A stretch of 23,814 bases of DNA from sequence record NC_009452.1, one strand, 5' to 3'. Positions within the stretch are counted from its first letter, which is position 1, and every line of letters starts with the position of its first letter. A program made the position numbers and the translations under genes. The notes below the pieces were generated by a model. It saw only the letters and a program-made list of their open reading frames with translations. It was not told the DNA's origin and did not search any database. This document shows, piece after piece, positions 1 to 7,070 of this stretch.

Positions 1-15
1 TCCCCCCTTGGGGGA
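1..15 (+). other. Terminal mini-hairpin TCCCCC-CTT-GGGGGA
   Basis: 1-6 is the reverse complement of 10-15. An equivalent motif sits at 23800-23814. Confidence 0.85.
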
Positions 16-127
16 GTCAGTGGAGCATTAGATTTCTATTAATTAGATTATCCCTAACTAATTATTATTTATTCTCTCTTATTATTTTTATGTCTCGCCC
101 CTTTTCTTTCGGGGCATTTCTTTTTTC

Positions 128-301
128 TCAAGTAATGTATGTGCAAATCAAGTATAAAAATCTTTCTGAACTGTTGTTGTAACCTGCTTGAGTATGTGAG
201 TGAGAGTTGATAGCGTTATTACCGTCTGTTTGTGTTGTTCTAAGGGTAGTGGAAAAAATGTAAGGTGAAGCGGTGAAGGGTTTCTGTGTAACTGTTGTCA
301 T
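128..301 (-). CDS. Possible 57-aa ITR-encoded ORF (MTTVTQKPF...), duplicated at the right end
   Basis: ATG lies 32 nt downstream of AAAAAG-CTTAAATA, the same spacing seen for ORF150 and ORF158. No recognisable domain. Confidence 0.3.
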   Translation of the reverse strand: MTTVTQKPFTASPYIFSTTLRTTQTDGNNAINSHSHTQAGYNNSSERFLYLICTYIT

Positions 302-332
302 GATTCTCTGTGAATGTATTGTGTGAAACTGG

Positions 333-346
333 TATTTAAGCTTTTT
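333..346 (-). promoter_or_regulatory. BRE/TATA-like element in ITR, facing the terminus
   Basis: AAAAAG-CTTAAATA on the - strand; same core as at 6062 and 20681. Confidence 0.5.
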
Positions 347-744
347 GGTATTTGTGTCATGAGTTGTTGTCATGTGTCTCTGGTTATAATGTGTGTGGTA
401 AAGGTTTAAAAAACTTTCGGTTTGTGAGTGGGTATTATTGTTGAGTGTTTGTGTTTGAGCTAGGTTTTGTGTTTGTGCTTGTTGTGTTATTGGATTGTTG
501 GATTGTTGTATCATTGTTTGTCTGTTTTGTTCTTATCTTACTGGGATTATTTAAAGCTTTCTGTGACCTGGAAGGTGAATAGGATTTAATAGAGAGAAAA
601 TTTGGAATGTGAAAAGTATGTATGATTTCTAGTGACGTGGGGGGTTCGGATACCGGGGTGTCCCCTCCCCCCCGGGTACCCTCTTGCCTAGCTAGCGTAG
701 TTTGTATTTTTCTAAGGGGGTATTCTGACCGGGTCTAGGGTAAA

Positions 745-796
745 TTTCATGTAATACGCAACGGTGACTCCATTTTTTTCATGTAATACGCAACGG
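745..796 (+). repeat. Perfect 20-bp direct repeat TTTCATGTAATACGCAACGG, two copies
   Basis: Copies at 745-764 and 777-796, period 32 bp. Confidence 0.95.
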
Positions 797-825
797 AGTA
801 CCCTTTTGTTTTCAGTCACTATTCA

Positions 826-892
826 TCAAATTGTTATGAACTGTAACAAAGTTACCTATTTATTTTCGCTTTATTAAGTCAAATTGTTATGA
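826..892 (+). repeat. Perfect 14-bp direct repeat TCAAATTGTTATGA, two copies
   Basis: Copies at 826-839 and 879-892, period 53 bp. The palindrome GTAAC-AAA-GTTAC (843-855) lies between them. Confidence 0.9.
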
Positions 893-996
893 TAGGTTTT
901 GCGAACGCCTTGGGTTAAGGCTTTGAAATTATTGAAATTCAATACGCCTTTTTAGTATACCGGTTTAAATAAATGAAAAGTGTTTATGTACAATTA

Positions 997-1329
997 TTAG
1001 TCTGACTTGAAGTAGTCTTTGAATAAGTCACTGAAGATTTCGAATGCTTTTTGAACTGCCCACTTTGCTTGGAATACGGCAAATGGGTCATGTTCTGGAT
1101 TCATGTAGTCCAAATTATCTAAGGCGGAGTCAACATACATTAAGGCGTAGAAGATGTACATTTTCTTTTTCTCATCTGTCTCTTGTTTGTATAACTCTCT
1201 AAGTAAGGAATCTAATCCTAGTAGTCTTGATCTTAGGTTTTGTTTGAGATCAGTAGAAGTTTGTTCTAAATAACTCCAAGTTGAAGAGAACTTTTCATGG
1301 GTTTTCTCAACTATGTTTTGGGTATTCAT
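997..1329 (-). CDS. ORF110, small helical protein, paralog of ORF99
   Basis: GGTGA SD and TTTAAATA (1362-1369) upstream. 21/48 identical to ORF99 in a gapless block. Confidence 0.85.
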   Translation of the reverse strand: MNTQNIVEKTHEKFSSTWSYLEQTSTDLKQNLRSRLLGLDSLLRELYKQETDEKKKMYIFYALMYVDSALDNLDYMNPEHDPFAVFQAKWAVQKAFEIFSDLFKDYFKSD

Positions 1330-1361
1330 TTTATCACCAAGATAAGAATTATGAGAAGTGG

Positions 1362-1376
1362 TATTTAAATCTTTTG
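1362..1376 (-). promoter_or_regulatory. TATA/BRE for ORF110
   Basis: AAAAGA-TTTAAATA on the - strand, 33 nt before the ATG. Confidence 0.6.
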
Positions 1377-1386
1377 GGGGTATTCT

Positions 1387-1686
1387 TTAAGTATAATAAA
1401 GGTTAAATCGATAAACGGCATACTTGAGTTGTTCTTTGGCGAATGGGATAAGTGTTTCAGGAATGACATAATCAATTTGATTATAAACTGAATCTACGAA
1501 TTCCAAAGCATACTTTACTTCCACTTTTCTATTAATGTCATACTCAAGTTCAAATAACTGGAGTAATAAGTTGTGTAGCTTTCGTAGTCTTATTCTCAGT
1601 TCTTCAAGAGTAAACTTGTGAGGTTTTTTTAGAAGGGAGAAGATACTAATGAATTCTTCTCTTATGGCTTTGATAAGTGATTCCAT
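1387..1686 (-). CDS. ORF99, small helical protein, paralog of ORF110
   Basis: Shares LRxRLxxL...YALxxVDS...DYxxPE with ORF110. Confidence 0.85.
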   Translation of the reverse strand: MESLIKAIREEFISIFSLLKKPHKFTLEELRIRLRKLHNLLLQLFELEYDINRKVEVKYALEFVDSVYNQIDYVIPETLIPFAKEQLKYAVYRFNLYYT

Positions 1687-1740
1687 GTTAGAAGAAGTAA
1701 AGGAAAGAAAACCTAAATTTTTTAATTAAGGAAAAAAGAC

Positions 1741-2481
1741 TTAGCTTTCAATTTCATCATACTCATCTTCTATTGTTTCGTCAAGAATTCTTCTGGTAAT
1801 TTCTTCCTCTATTTCCTCTGGAGTTAACTTAATCTCAACTGGGGCTTTTTCTTGGTATTCGTTAATCATTTGTCTGTAAGTTGGTTCATTATTAGACTTT
1901 GGTCTTTCTTCTGGGACAACTGGGTTTTCTTCATCCATTTCTTTGATTATGGGAACTTTATAGTTATTCCTTATTCTATCTAATAGAGTGTTAATGGGTA
2001 TGCTTAAGTTGAGTTGTAATGCTTTGTCAAGTGACATGTGATAAATTCCAAGTTGTTCTCTAACGTAATCGGAAACTACGGCGTCTATTGCGATTTTAGT
2101 CAATCCCACTAGAGAACCATAATACTCAGTTAAACCGATTAAAAAGTCTCTGTTATGTCTATACTTGCGGGAGAAGACTATCCTATCAATGTAATACTGT
2201 TCGAAATGCTCAACATACACATCAGAATTCCATGTTGGCAATGGATAAATACCATCATCAGAAGTGAGATAAATCTTGTAAATTTTAGGCTGTTTGGTAA
2301 CGGCGTTTATAACAAGTTTGTTAAATTCTTCATTATCAATTGCCTTATCGGGACCTTCTTCACTGACAATTTCAAGTAAGGTTAAGAAGTTTTTGTACTC
2401 TGGGTATAACTTAAGGTATTCATCATACCATTCTTTTAATCCGTTTATTACATCACTGAACTTTGTTTCCATACAGTTCAC
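1741..2481 (-). CDS. ORF246, unknown function, acidic C-terminus (candidate terminal or virion protein)
   Basis: Long ORF directly after the polymerase. The more likely start is the ATG at 2472, because the GTG at 2481 overlaps a GGTGA SD. TATA at 2506-2513. Confidence 0.85.
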   Translation of the reverse strand: MNCMETKFSDVINGLKEWYDEYLKLYPEYKNFLTLLEIVSEEGPDKAIDNEEFNKLVINAVTKQPKIYKIYLTSDDGIYPLPTWNSDVYVEHFEQYYIDRIVFSRKYRHNRDFLIGLTEYYGSLVGLTKIAIDAVVSDYVREQLGIYHMSLDKALQLNLSIPINTLLDRIRNNYKVPIIKEMDEENPVVPEERPKSNNEPTYRQMINEYQEKAPVEIKLTPEEIEEEITRRILDETIEDEYDEIES

Positions 2482-2491
2482 CGTATAAATG

Positions 2492-4453
2492 TTATGAGAG
2501 AATACTATTTAAGTCTATTGGTTCAATTGTTTCTATGTATTTTTCCCATGTCTTTCTGTATTCTTTATGTTCTTGTTCGTCTCTGAACATGCTTCCGAAC
2601 CAGTGTACGTTGTAAGTATACCTTTGTTTAGTATTAAGTGGTGTGAAGATTTTGATCTGATTTGAAAGCATTCCCATTAACACATTGCTATCTTTTTCGG
2701 CTAAAATCTTGTATTGTTGTAAGTTTCTTATCATTATCTTTGTTGGAATTTGTACTCTAACAATTTTACCCTTGGCTAAATAGTTTCCTACGTATTCAAT
2801 AATTTTTTCGGCAATTGACTCATCAACATTGAATCCTCTTAGCTTTATCATTTTTTCTTGTGGGTCGTTCAAAATGTACTGACCATTACCAATTACAATT
2901 GCTTCTCCTACACCTTCTTGTTTTAATTGTCCTAATTGGTCTCCTACTAGTTCAGACTTTATGGGAGCTTTGCTTATTACACTGTCAGTTAAATAACTTA
3001 TAGCGTTAGGGTCTACGTTTTGGATAAAGGTTCTTCCTAAAGCGGTAATCATTGAAGCGTAAATTACATTCTGGAACTTTGCATTGAATCCTATTCTTTC
3101 GCCGAATTTCCCGTATGAACTGTTTAGAATTAACTTGTAAACTTTCTCTAGTGGGTTTTTCTCTTTCTTTAGTTGTAATCTCTTGTTGTATAGGTTATAG
3201 ATAACATCTTTGAAGATTCTATGTTTTGTTATTTTGAATTTCATTGTGTAGTATTGTCCCACTATTTTAATGTCTGGTATTAGTTCATGCTTTTCGTCTG
3301 CAAGTTCGAAATCAAAGAATGAGCCTCTGTTGTACATCATTCTGAGAAGCATCCCATTAGCTTTTGAAGCGACATACTTTCTGTCTTGTTTCAATGTGAT
3401 TTTGTAAATGTAAACATACTTTGCATCTTCATTGAATTGTGTGCCCTTAAGTAGTGGTTCTTCGTTTACTTCAAAACCTTTTTGTGTTTCAACTAATTCT
3501 AATTCTGGCAACCAACTCATCATGAATGGATACATTGAATTGACGTCATACTTGTAAACTTTTTTGAATTTACCTAATTCGTTTGAGTCGAATAACCCGC
3601 CCTTATAAAGTCTCTTTAATGTTAGCTCTATCTCAGTGTATGATCTTAATCCTTTGACAAACTCTGACTGAACTTGTGAAATAATGTAAGTTATAGCGGT
3701 TCTTGGAAGCGTGGACTTTACTTTTATTCCAAAGAGACTGTTCTTTAGAAGCGCTAATTGGTAAGTGGCAATTACATCAAGTTTGTTATACCTAGCTATT
3801 TCTTGTATTGTCTTGGGATCATTGAAATCTAATTTGTCAAAATTAGCCCTTTTTTCTTTGTCTTCCTTCCACTCTTTCATTGTTTGTTCATCAAAGACTT
3901 GAAATCCCATTTCTTGTAGTTTGGTATAATACCTACTGTAGGCTTCATACAAACTCTCACTGTAGAATTGGAGTAGGTTTATTGAGTTTATTGATCTTCC
4001 ATTATAGAGAATTTTGTAGAAGTTCTTGTATCTTTTTATTCTAAGGTTTTTAGTTGTGAAGTAGTTTTCTCCAGTGATTTTCTTTGCGAATTTTGAGTGT
4101 TTGCCTAGAAGAACATAATTAGCTAAACTTACTGGTAAATCATAATCTCCATAGAAGTATGTTTCTTCTGTTAAAAGATCAAGGGCATTTTTAACATCTT
4201 CTGGTTTTCTAATTATTACGTATTTGTATTCAGAACCATCATAAACTCCGAAAAAGATTTCTCTTCCGTTTGTCTCTATGTCGAATGCGCTAATTTGTCT
4301 TGGTTTTTCCTCTTCATTTTCCTCTAGTTTTTCATAATTGATTCTGTGTATAGTAAAGAATCCGCTTTTGATTTTGAATGAAGGGGTTAAGTCTGAAAAA
4401 TCGTTTAACTTGTATTGGATCTTATCGTTTGCGTTATTGAGGATTTGTAGCAT
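2492..4453 (-). CDS. polB: Family B DNA polymerase, protein-primed type
   Basis: ExoI AFDIET, ExoII YGDYDL, ExoIII YNKLDV, motif A YDVNSMYP, motif B KLILNSSYGKFG, ITALGR, motif C variant YLTDS. A long A-to-B insertion is compatible with TPR1. The genome is linear with ITRs. Confidence 0.93.
   Translation of the reverse strand: MLQILNNANDKIQYKLNDFSDLTPSFKIKSGFFTIHRINYEKLEENEEEKPRQISAFDIETNGREIFFGVYDGSEYKYVIIRKPEDVKNALDLLTEETYFYGDYDLPVSLANYVLLGKHSKFAKKITGENYFTTKNLRIKRYKNFYKILYNGRSINSINLLQFYSESLYEAYSRYYTKLQEMGFQVFDEQTMKEWKEDKEKRANFDKLDFNDPKTIQEIARYNKLDVIATYQLALLKNSLFGIKVKSTLPRTAITYIISQVQSEFVKGLRSYTEIELTLKRLYKGGLFDSNELGKFKKVYKYDVNSMYPFMMSWLPELELVETQKGFEVNEEPLLKGTQFNEDAKYVYIYKITLKQDRKYVASKANGMLLRMMYNRGSFFDFELADEKHELIPDIKIVGQYYTMKFKITKHRIFKDVIYNLYNKRLQLKKEKNPLEKVYKLILNSSYGKFGERIGFNAKFQNVIYASMITALGRTFIQNVDPNAISYLTDSVISKAPIKSELVGDQLGQLKQEGVGEAIVIGNGQYILNDPQEKMIKLRGFNVDESIAEKIIEYVGNYLAKGKIVRVQIPTKIMIRNLQQYKILAEKDSNVLMGMLSNQIKIFTPLNTKQRYTYNVHWFGSMFRDEQEHKEYRKTWEKYIETIEPIDLNSILS
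2506..2513 (-). promoter_or_regulatory. TATA box for ORF246, embedded in the 3' end of the polymerase gene
   Basis: CTTAAATA 34 nt upstream of the ATG at 2472. Confidence 0.45.
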
Positions 4454-4466
4454 GTGTAAAAATAGT

Positions 4467-4958
4467 CTATTTAGGTTTAAAAAGATTTTGGTCTAATCGG
4501 GAGTTTAGGTATGAGTTTAAGAGTTGTTGTCCGTAATTACTATCGCATTGAAGGGGGAATACTTTCAAGTCGCCGGTTATCATTATACATTGGTCAACTG
4601 ATACGCCTTTTCTTTCTAGAAGATAACGGTAAATGGAAGTTTGTTTTGTGGCATAAGCCAGGCTTCTGTCAGAGGATTTAATCTCTATTAAGAGTTTCTT
4701 GGAAGGTACATAAACGTCTGGTGTATAACAAATCTCTTTATTACCTATGTTGTCTCTATGGGACTGTTCTATAATAGCGTCTTTGAAAACTTGTTGAATT
4801 AGGTTCTCTATTGCTAAATGGTAAAGTTTTCCTCTAACTAACATTTCTTGTGTTGGAGGATCTCCGTAAGAGATCATGTTGGTAACGTGTACGCAATTGC
4901 TATCGAGATTGCTTGAAACAAGATTTTTGAGGGTTAATTCTAGATCTTTTATCATCAC
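4467..4958 (-). CDS. PD-(D/E)XK nuclease, Cas4/RecB-like
   Basis: RGKLYH (G...H), YTPDV (PD), IEIKS (ExK) and KQTSIY (QxxxY) appear in the expected order. No canonical Cas4 Fe-S cysteine cluster. Confidence 0.8.
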
Positions 4959-4978
4959 GATTTTTATTCATGAGTAAG

Positions 4979-4995
4979 AATTAAAAGTTTTACTT
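4979..4995. promoter_or_regulatory. Overlapping divergent promoters for ORF163 (-) and ORF247 (+)
   Basis: TTTTAATT (-) and TTTTACTT (+) each lie 24 nt from their ATG and share the palindrome TAAAA-G-TTTTA (4982-4992). Confidence 0.5.
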
Positions 4996-5018
4996 TTTGC
5001 TAAGATTGTTGGGCGAGT

Positions 5019-5762
5019 ATGGGTTATTTGAAGGAGTTAATAAAAAGAGTACCAGAATTACCAGTTTGTGATGTGATTTCTTATGTTTATTACGGTATTG
5101 TTCCTTATGACCTAAGAATTAAAAACTTCTACTTTAGGGATTATTTACGCTCATTAACGGGAATCTACATAAATAAATACCAATACACAACTTTTGCTCA
5201 AAAGATAACTGGGGGGAATCATCCTAAAATAACATACAAAGGAGTAACTATAGGGTATGATAATGTTGAGCATTATGTTCATGTCCCAGATCTAATAGCT
5301 TCACTGATTCTTATTAATTACTCAATTAATGCTTATGTGGGGGGAAGTAAGGTATTGTTCTGGGCGGACAGTATGAGATCCGCTTCTATCTTTTATTCAC
5401 TTGCTGATAGGGTTAGAACTCCATTCTATACTTGGGAGAAGAATCCAGAGTTTAGTGATAACTTGGAGACAATTCTTTACCTAATTGGTTATTCAGATGT
5501 TATTAAAAGGAACGGGGGAGTAAAAGTTACACCGGCGGAAATTGAGAGGAATAAGAAGTTTAAGACTTACTATTTCTTGCCTACGTTTTACACTGCCTAT
5601 TATCTTCGAAATAAACATACATTTATTGAATCGCCAAACGTTATCCTTAAGGTTTACAAAGAAATTGAGCCAGAGTTGAAAGTACCAGACATACCTTTTA
5701 GTAAATTAGTGAAGAAGGCTAATGAACTAATTAAGGATAATGCGGAAGCGCTTTTCGATTAA
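5019..5762 (+). CDS. ORF247, hypothetical Tyr-rich soluble protein
   Basis: Long ORF followed by a T-rich tract. No motif recognised. Confidence 0.85.
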   Translation: MGYLKELIKRVPELPVCDVISYVYYGIVPYDLRIKNFYFRDYLRSLTGIYINKYQYTTFAQKITGGNHPKITYKGVTIGYDNVEHYVHVPDLIASLILINYSINAYVGGSKVLFWADSMRSASIFYSLADRVRTPFYTWEKNPEFSDNLETILYLIGYSDVIKRNGGVKVTPAEIERNKKFKTYYFLPTFYTAYYLRNKHTFIESPNVILKVYKEIEPELKVPDIPFSKLVKKANELIKDNAEALFD

Positions 5763-5788
5763 CTTTTACTTTTTTATAACCAAGTAAG

Positions 5789-5920
5789 ATGATGACTCTC
5801 CCTCCAGTTGTTAGATACATACTAATCTTTGCTGTACTGATAGTATCATTATACGTAGGCTATAAGGTAATGAGGAAGTATTTTTCGGGGATAGTTAATG
5901 AGCCTACTCCTACTGACTGA
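5789..5920 (+). CDS. ORF43, single-TM protein (not in ORF track)
   Basis: MMTLPPVVRYILIFAVLIVSLYVGYKVMRKYFSGIVNEPTPTD: hydrophobic segment followed by basic residues. Confidence 0.55.
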   Translation: MMTLPPVVRYILIFAVLIVSLYVGYKVMRKYFSGIVNEPTPTD

Positions 5921-6059
5921 TGTTGACTTATTAATTAACTTAATTCTTCTCTTTCAAAAGAAGTTATCATTAAAGGAAGCTATAGTCTTTTCACTTGCGG
6001 TATTCGGTATTGTTGAAGCTTATTACTACTGGAAGAATCGGAGTAGTGAGTCTGAATAA
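5898..6059 (+). CDS. ORF53a, small membrane protein (not in ORF track)
   Basis: MSLLLLTDVDLLINLILLFQKKLSLKEAIVFSLAVFGIVEAYYYWKNRSSESE; overlaps ORF43 and ends just before the tmk promoter. Confidence 0.6.
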   Translation: MSLLLLTDVDLLINLILLFQKKLSLKEAIVFSLAVFGIVEAYYYWKNRSSESE

Positions 6060-6069
6060 AGCTTAAATA
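6056..6069 (+). promoter_or_regulatory. BRE/TATA for tmk
   Basis: ATAAAG-CTTAAATA, 24 nt before the ATG at 6093, consistent with leaderless spacing. Confidence 0.65.
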
Positions 6070-6092
6070 CTTTTTTCTTCAACTATTTATCT

Positions 6093-6563
6093 ATGATCTA
6101 CATTTTAGAAGGGCTTGATGGGACTGGAAAAACGTCTTTTGCGAGTGAATTAATTAAGTCACAAGTTTTTTCTAGACCCATGTACGTATACTTTTCAAAG
6201 GAAGACAGTTACGAGAACACAAAATTAGCATGGGTTTCTCTAATAAAAGAACTAAGTAAGCTAAACTTCAACATTATTATGGATAGGTCAATTATCTCAA
6301 CAATAGCTTATCACTTTACTTACCGCCCAAGTAAGGAGTATGAGAACTTCATAAGGAGTGAGTTAGAAAGTGTGCTTAATTTAGATCCTTCTAAGGCGGT
6401 TTTCATTCATTTTGTTAAGGTTCACGATTCAAAGAAGTTGTTGGAGTATGCTAATAGGGTGAAGAGTATAAGGGACAATTACCACTTACTCATGAGAATT
6501 TTGAGAGAAAAAGGGTTTAATGTTATTGTGAATGGGGGACAAAAAGACTTTAATCTATTTTAG
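6093..6563 (+). CDS. tmk: Thymidylate kinase-like P-loop kinase
   Basis: N-terminal ILEGLDGTGKT P-loop and IIMDRSIISTIAY (DR motif), typical of dTMP kinases. Confidence 0.88.
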   Translation: MIYILEGLDGTGKTSFASELIKSQVFSRPMYVYFSKEDSYENTKLAWVSLIKELSKLNFNIIMDRSIISTIAYHFTYRPSKEYENFIRSELESVLNLDPSKAVFIHFVKVHDSKKLLEYANRVKSIRDNYHLLMRILREKGFNVIVNGGQKDFNLF

Positions 6564-6835
6564 ATCTTCTCTTCAAACTTCATAAGGCAATCGGTTATTT
6601 TTTCGAAAGTGTATGACTCTTTATAGCATTCTTCTTTTATTAGGCTAAAAATAAAATCAACTAATTCTTTATCGTGGTCTGAGATTTGTGCTGTCACTTT
6701 CTTAGCAAATAGTGGACCATGCTCAATCAGTTCTATTTCCCTGTCAAGTTTTTGGAGTAAGTAATCGTCTGCTTTTTCTGGTTCTCTTATTAATTTGTGT
6801 TTCTTCATTAGCGCATAAATTTTTAAGGTATTCAA
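6560..6835 (-). CDS. ORF91a, hypothetical protein
   Basis: TTG start with GGCGGTGA SD. Its stop overlaps the convergent tmk stop. Confidence 0.7.
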   Translation of the reverse strand: MNTLKIYALMKKHKLIREPEKADDYLLQKLDREIELIEHGPLFAKKVTAQISDHDKELVDFIFSLIKEECYKESYTFEKITDCLMKFEEKI

Positions 6836-7070
6836 TCTTTTTCACCGCCTTCATTTTTAGTTGAATAAACGCTTCTTTTCCTTTTAACCATTTGTTATAC
6901 TCCTTCATTTTTTCTTTATACTTCTCTGGTACATAGGGTACTGGTGGGGTTACCGAGTAATGTTCTAATTCTTTATCCTGAACCATTTCGTTATTCTCAT
7001 AACAATAGTCTATTACTTCACCGTTTTCTTCATTTATTAGGAATCCGTCTTTGCAAATCATTCTTCTCAA
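6744..7070 (-). CDS. ORF108 (ATG at 7061 likely), hypothetical basic protein
   Basis: Part of the leftward gene cluster. Overlaps ORF56 and ORF91a. Confidence 0.65.
   Translation of the reverse strand: MRRMICKDGFLINEENGEVIDYCYENNEMVQDKELEHYSVTPPVPYVPEKYKEKMKEYNKWLKGKEAFIQLKMKAVKKIEYLKNLCANEETQINKRTRKSRRLLTPKT

Larger units (their letters stand above)
1..590. repeat. Left inverted terminal repeat (590 bp)
   Basis: Reverse complement of 23225-23814. The match ends at 590/23225. In the first 120 nt the mismatches are at positions 8, 9, 17 and 22; the interior was spot-checked only. Confidence 0.97.
630..950. ncRNA. Structured non-coding region, candidate small RNA or regulatory region
   Basis: No start-containing ORF. 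GC-rich nested stems (639-644 with 667-673; 655-658 with 662-665), palindromes GGGTACCC, CTAGCTAG and GACC-G-GGTC, and a TTTAAA element at 965-970. From memory, a phi29 pRNA-like RNA was proposed near the ABV left end. Boundaries are approximate. Confidence 0.35.

Noticed and set aside
128-514. Full 128-aa ITR ORF (also 23301-23687)
   Set aside because: The A/C-rich strand rarely forms stop codons, the N-terminal half is low complexity, it overlaps ORF133 on the right, and a promoter-like box sits mid-ORF. Only the last 57 codons are kept as a weak candidate.
435-734. Left-end counterpart of ORF133 (open frame of 99 codons on the - strand)
   Set aside because: No in-frame ATG, GTG or TTG between the upstream TAG and the stop.
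639-740. G-quadruplex from the G-runs
   Set aside because: Loops are long, and the G-runs have adjacent complementary C-runs that favour hairpins or duplex.
745-796. Mini-CRISPR array
   Set aside because: Only two 20-bp units with a 12-bp spacer, far too short, and no convincing Sulfolobales repeat consensus beyond a TGAAA end.
2155-2488. ORFs 2155-2379 and 2294-2488 (+)
   Set aside because: Antisense shadows of ORF246 with no expression signals.
4467-4958. ORF163 as a true cas4 or as the terminal protein
   Set aside because: It lacks the Cas4 Fe-S cysteine pattern and any cas context, and its nuclease motifs argue against a primer-protein role.
6093-6563. P-loop protein as the packaging ATPase
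   Set aside because: The N-terminal EGxDGxGKT plus DR motif and the small size match dTMP kinases.
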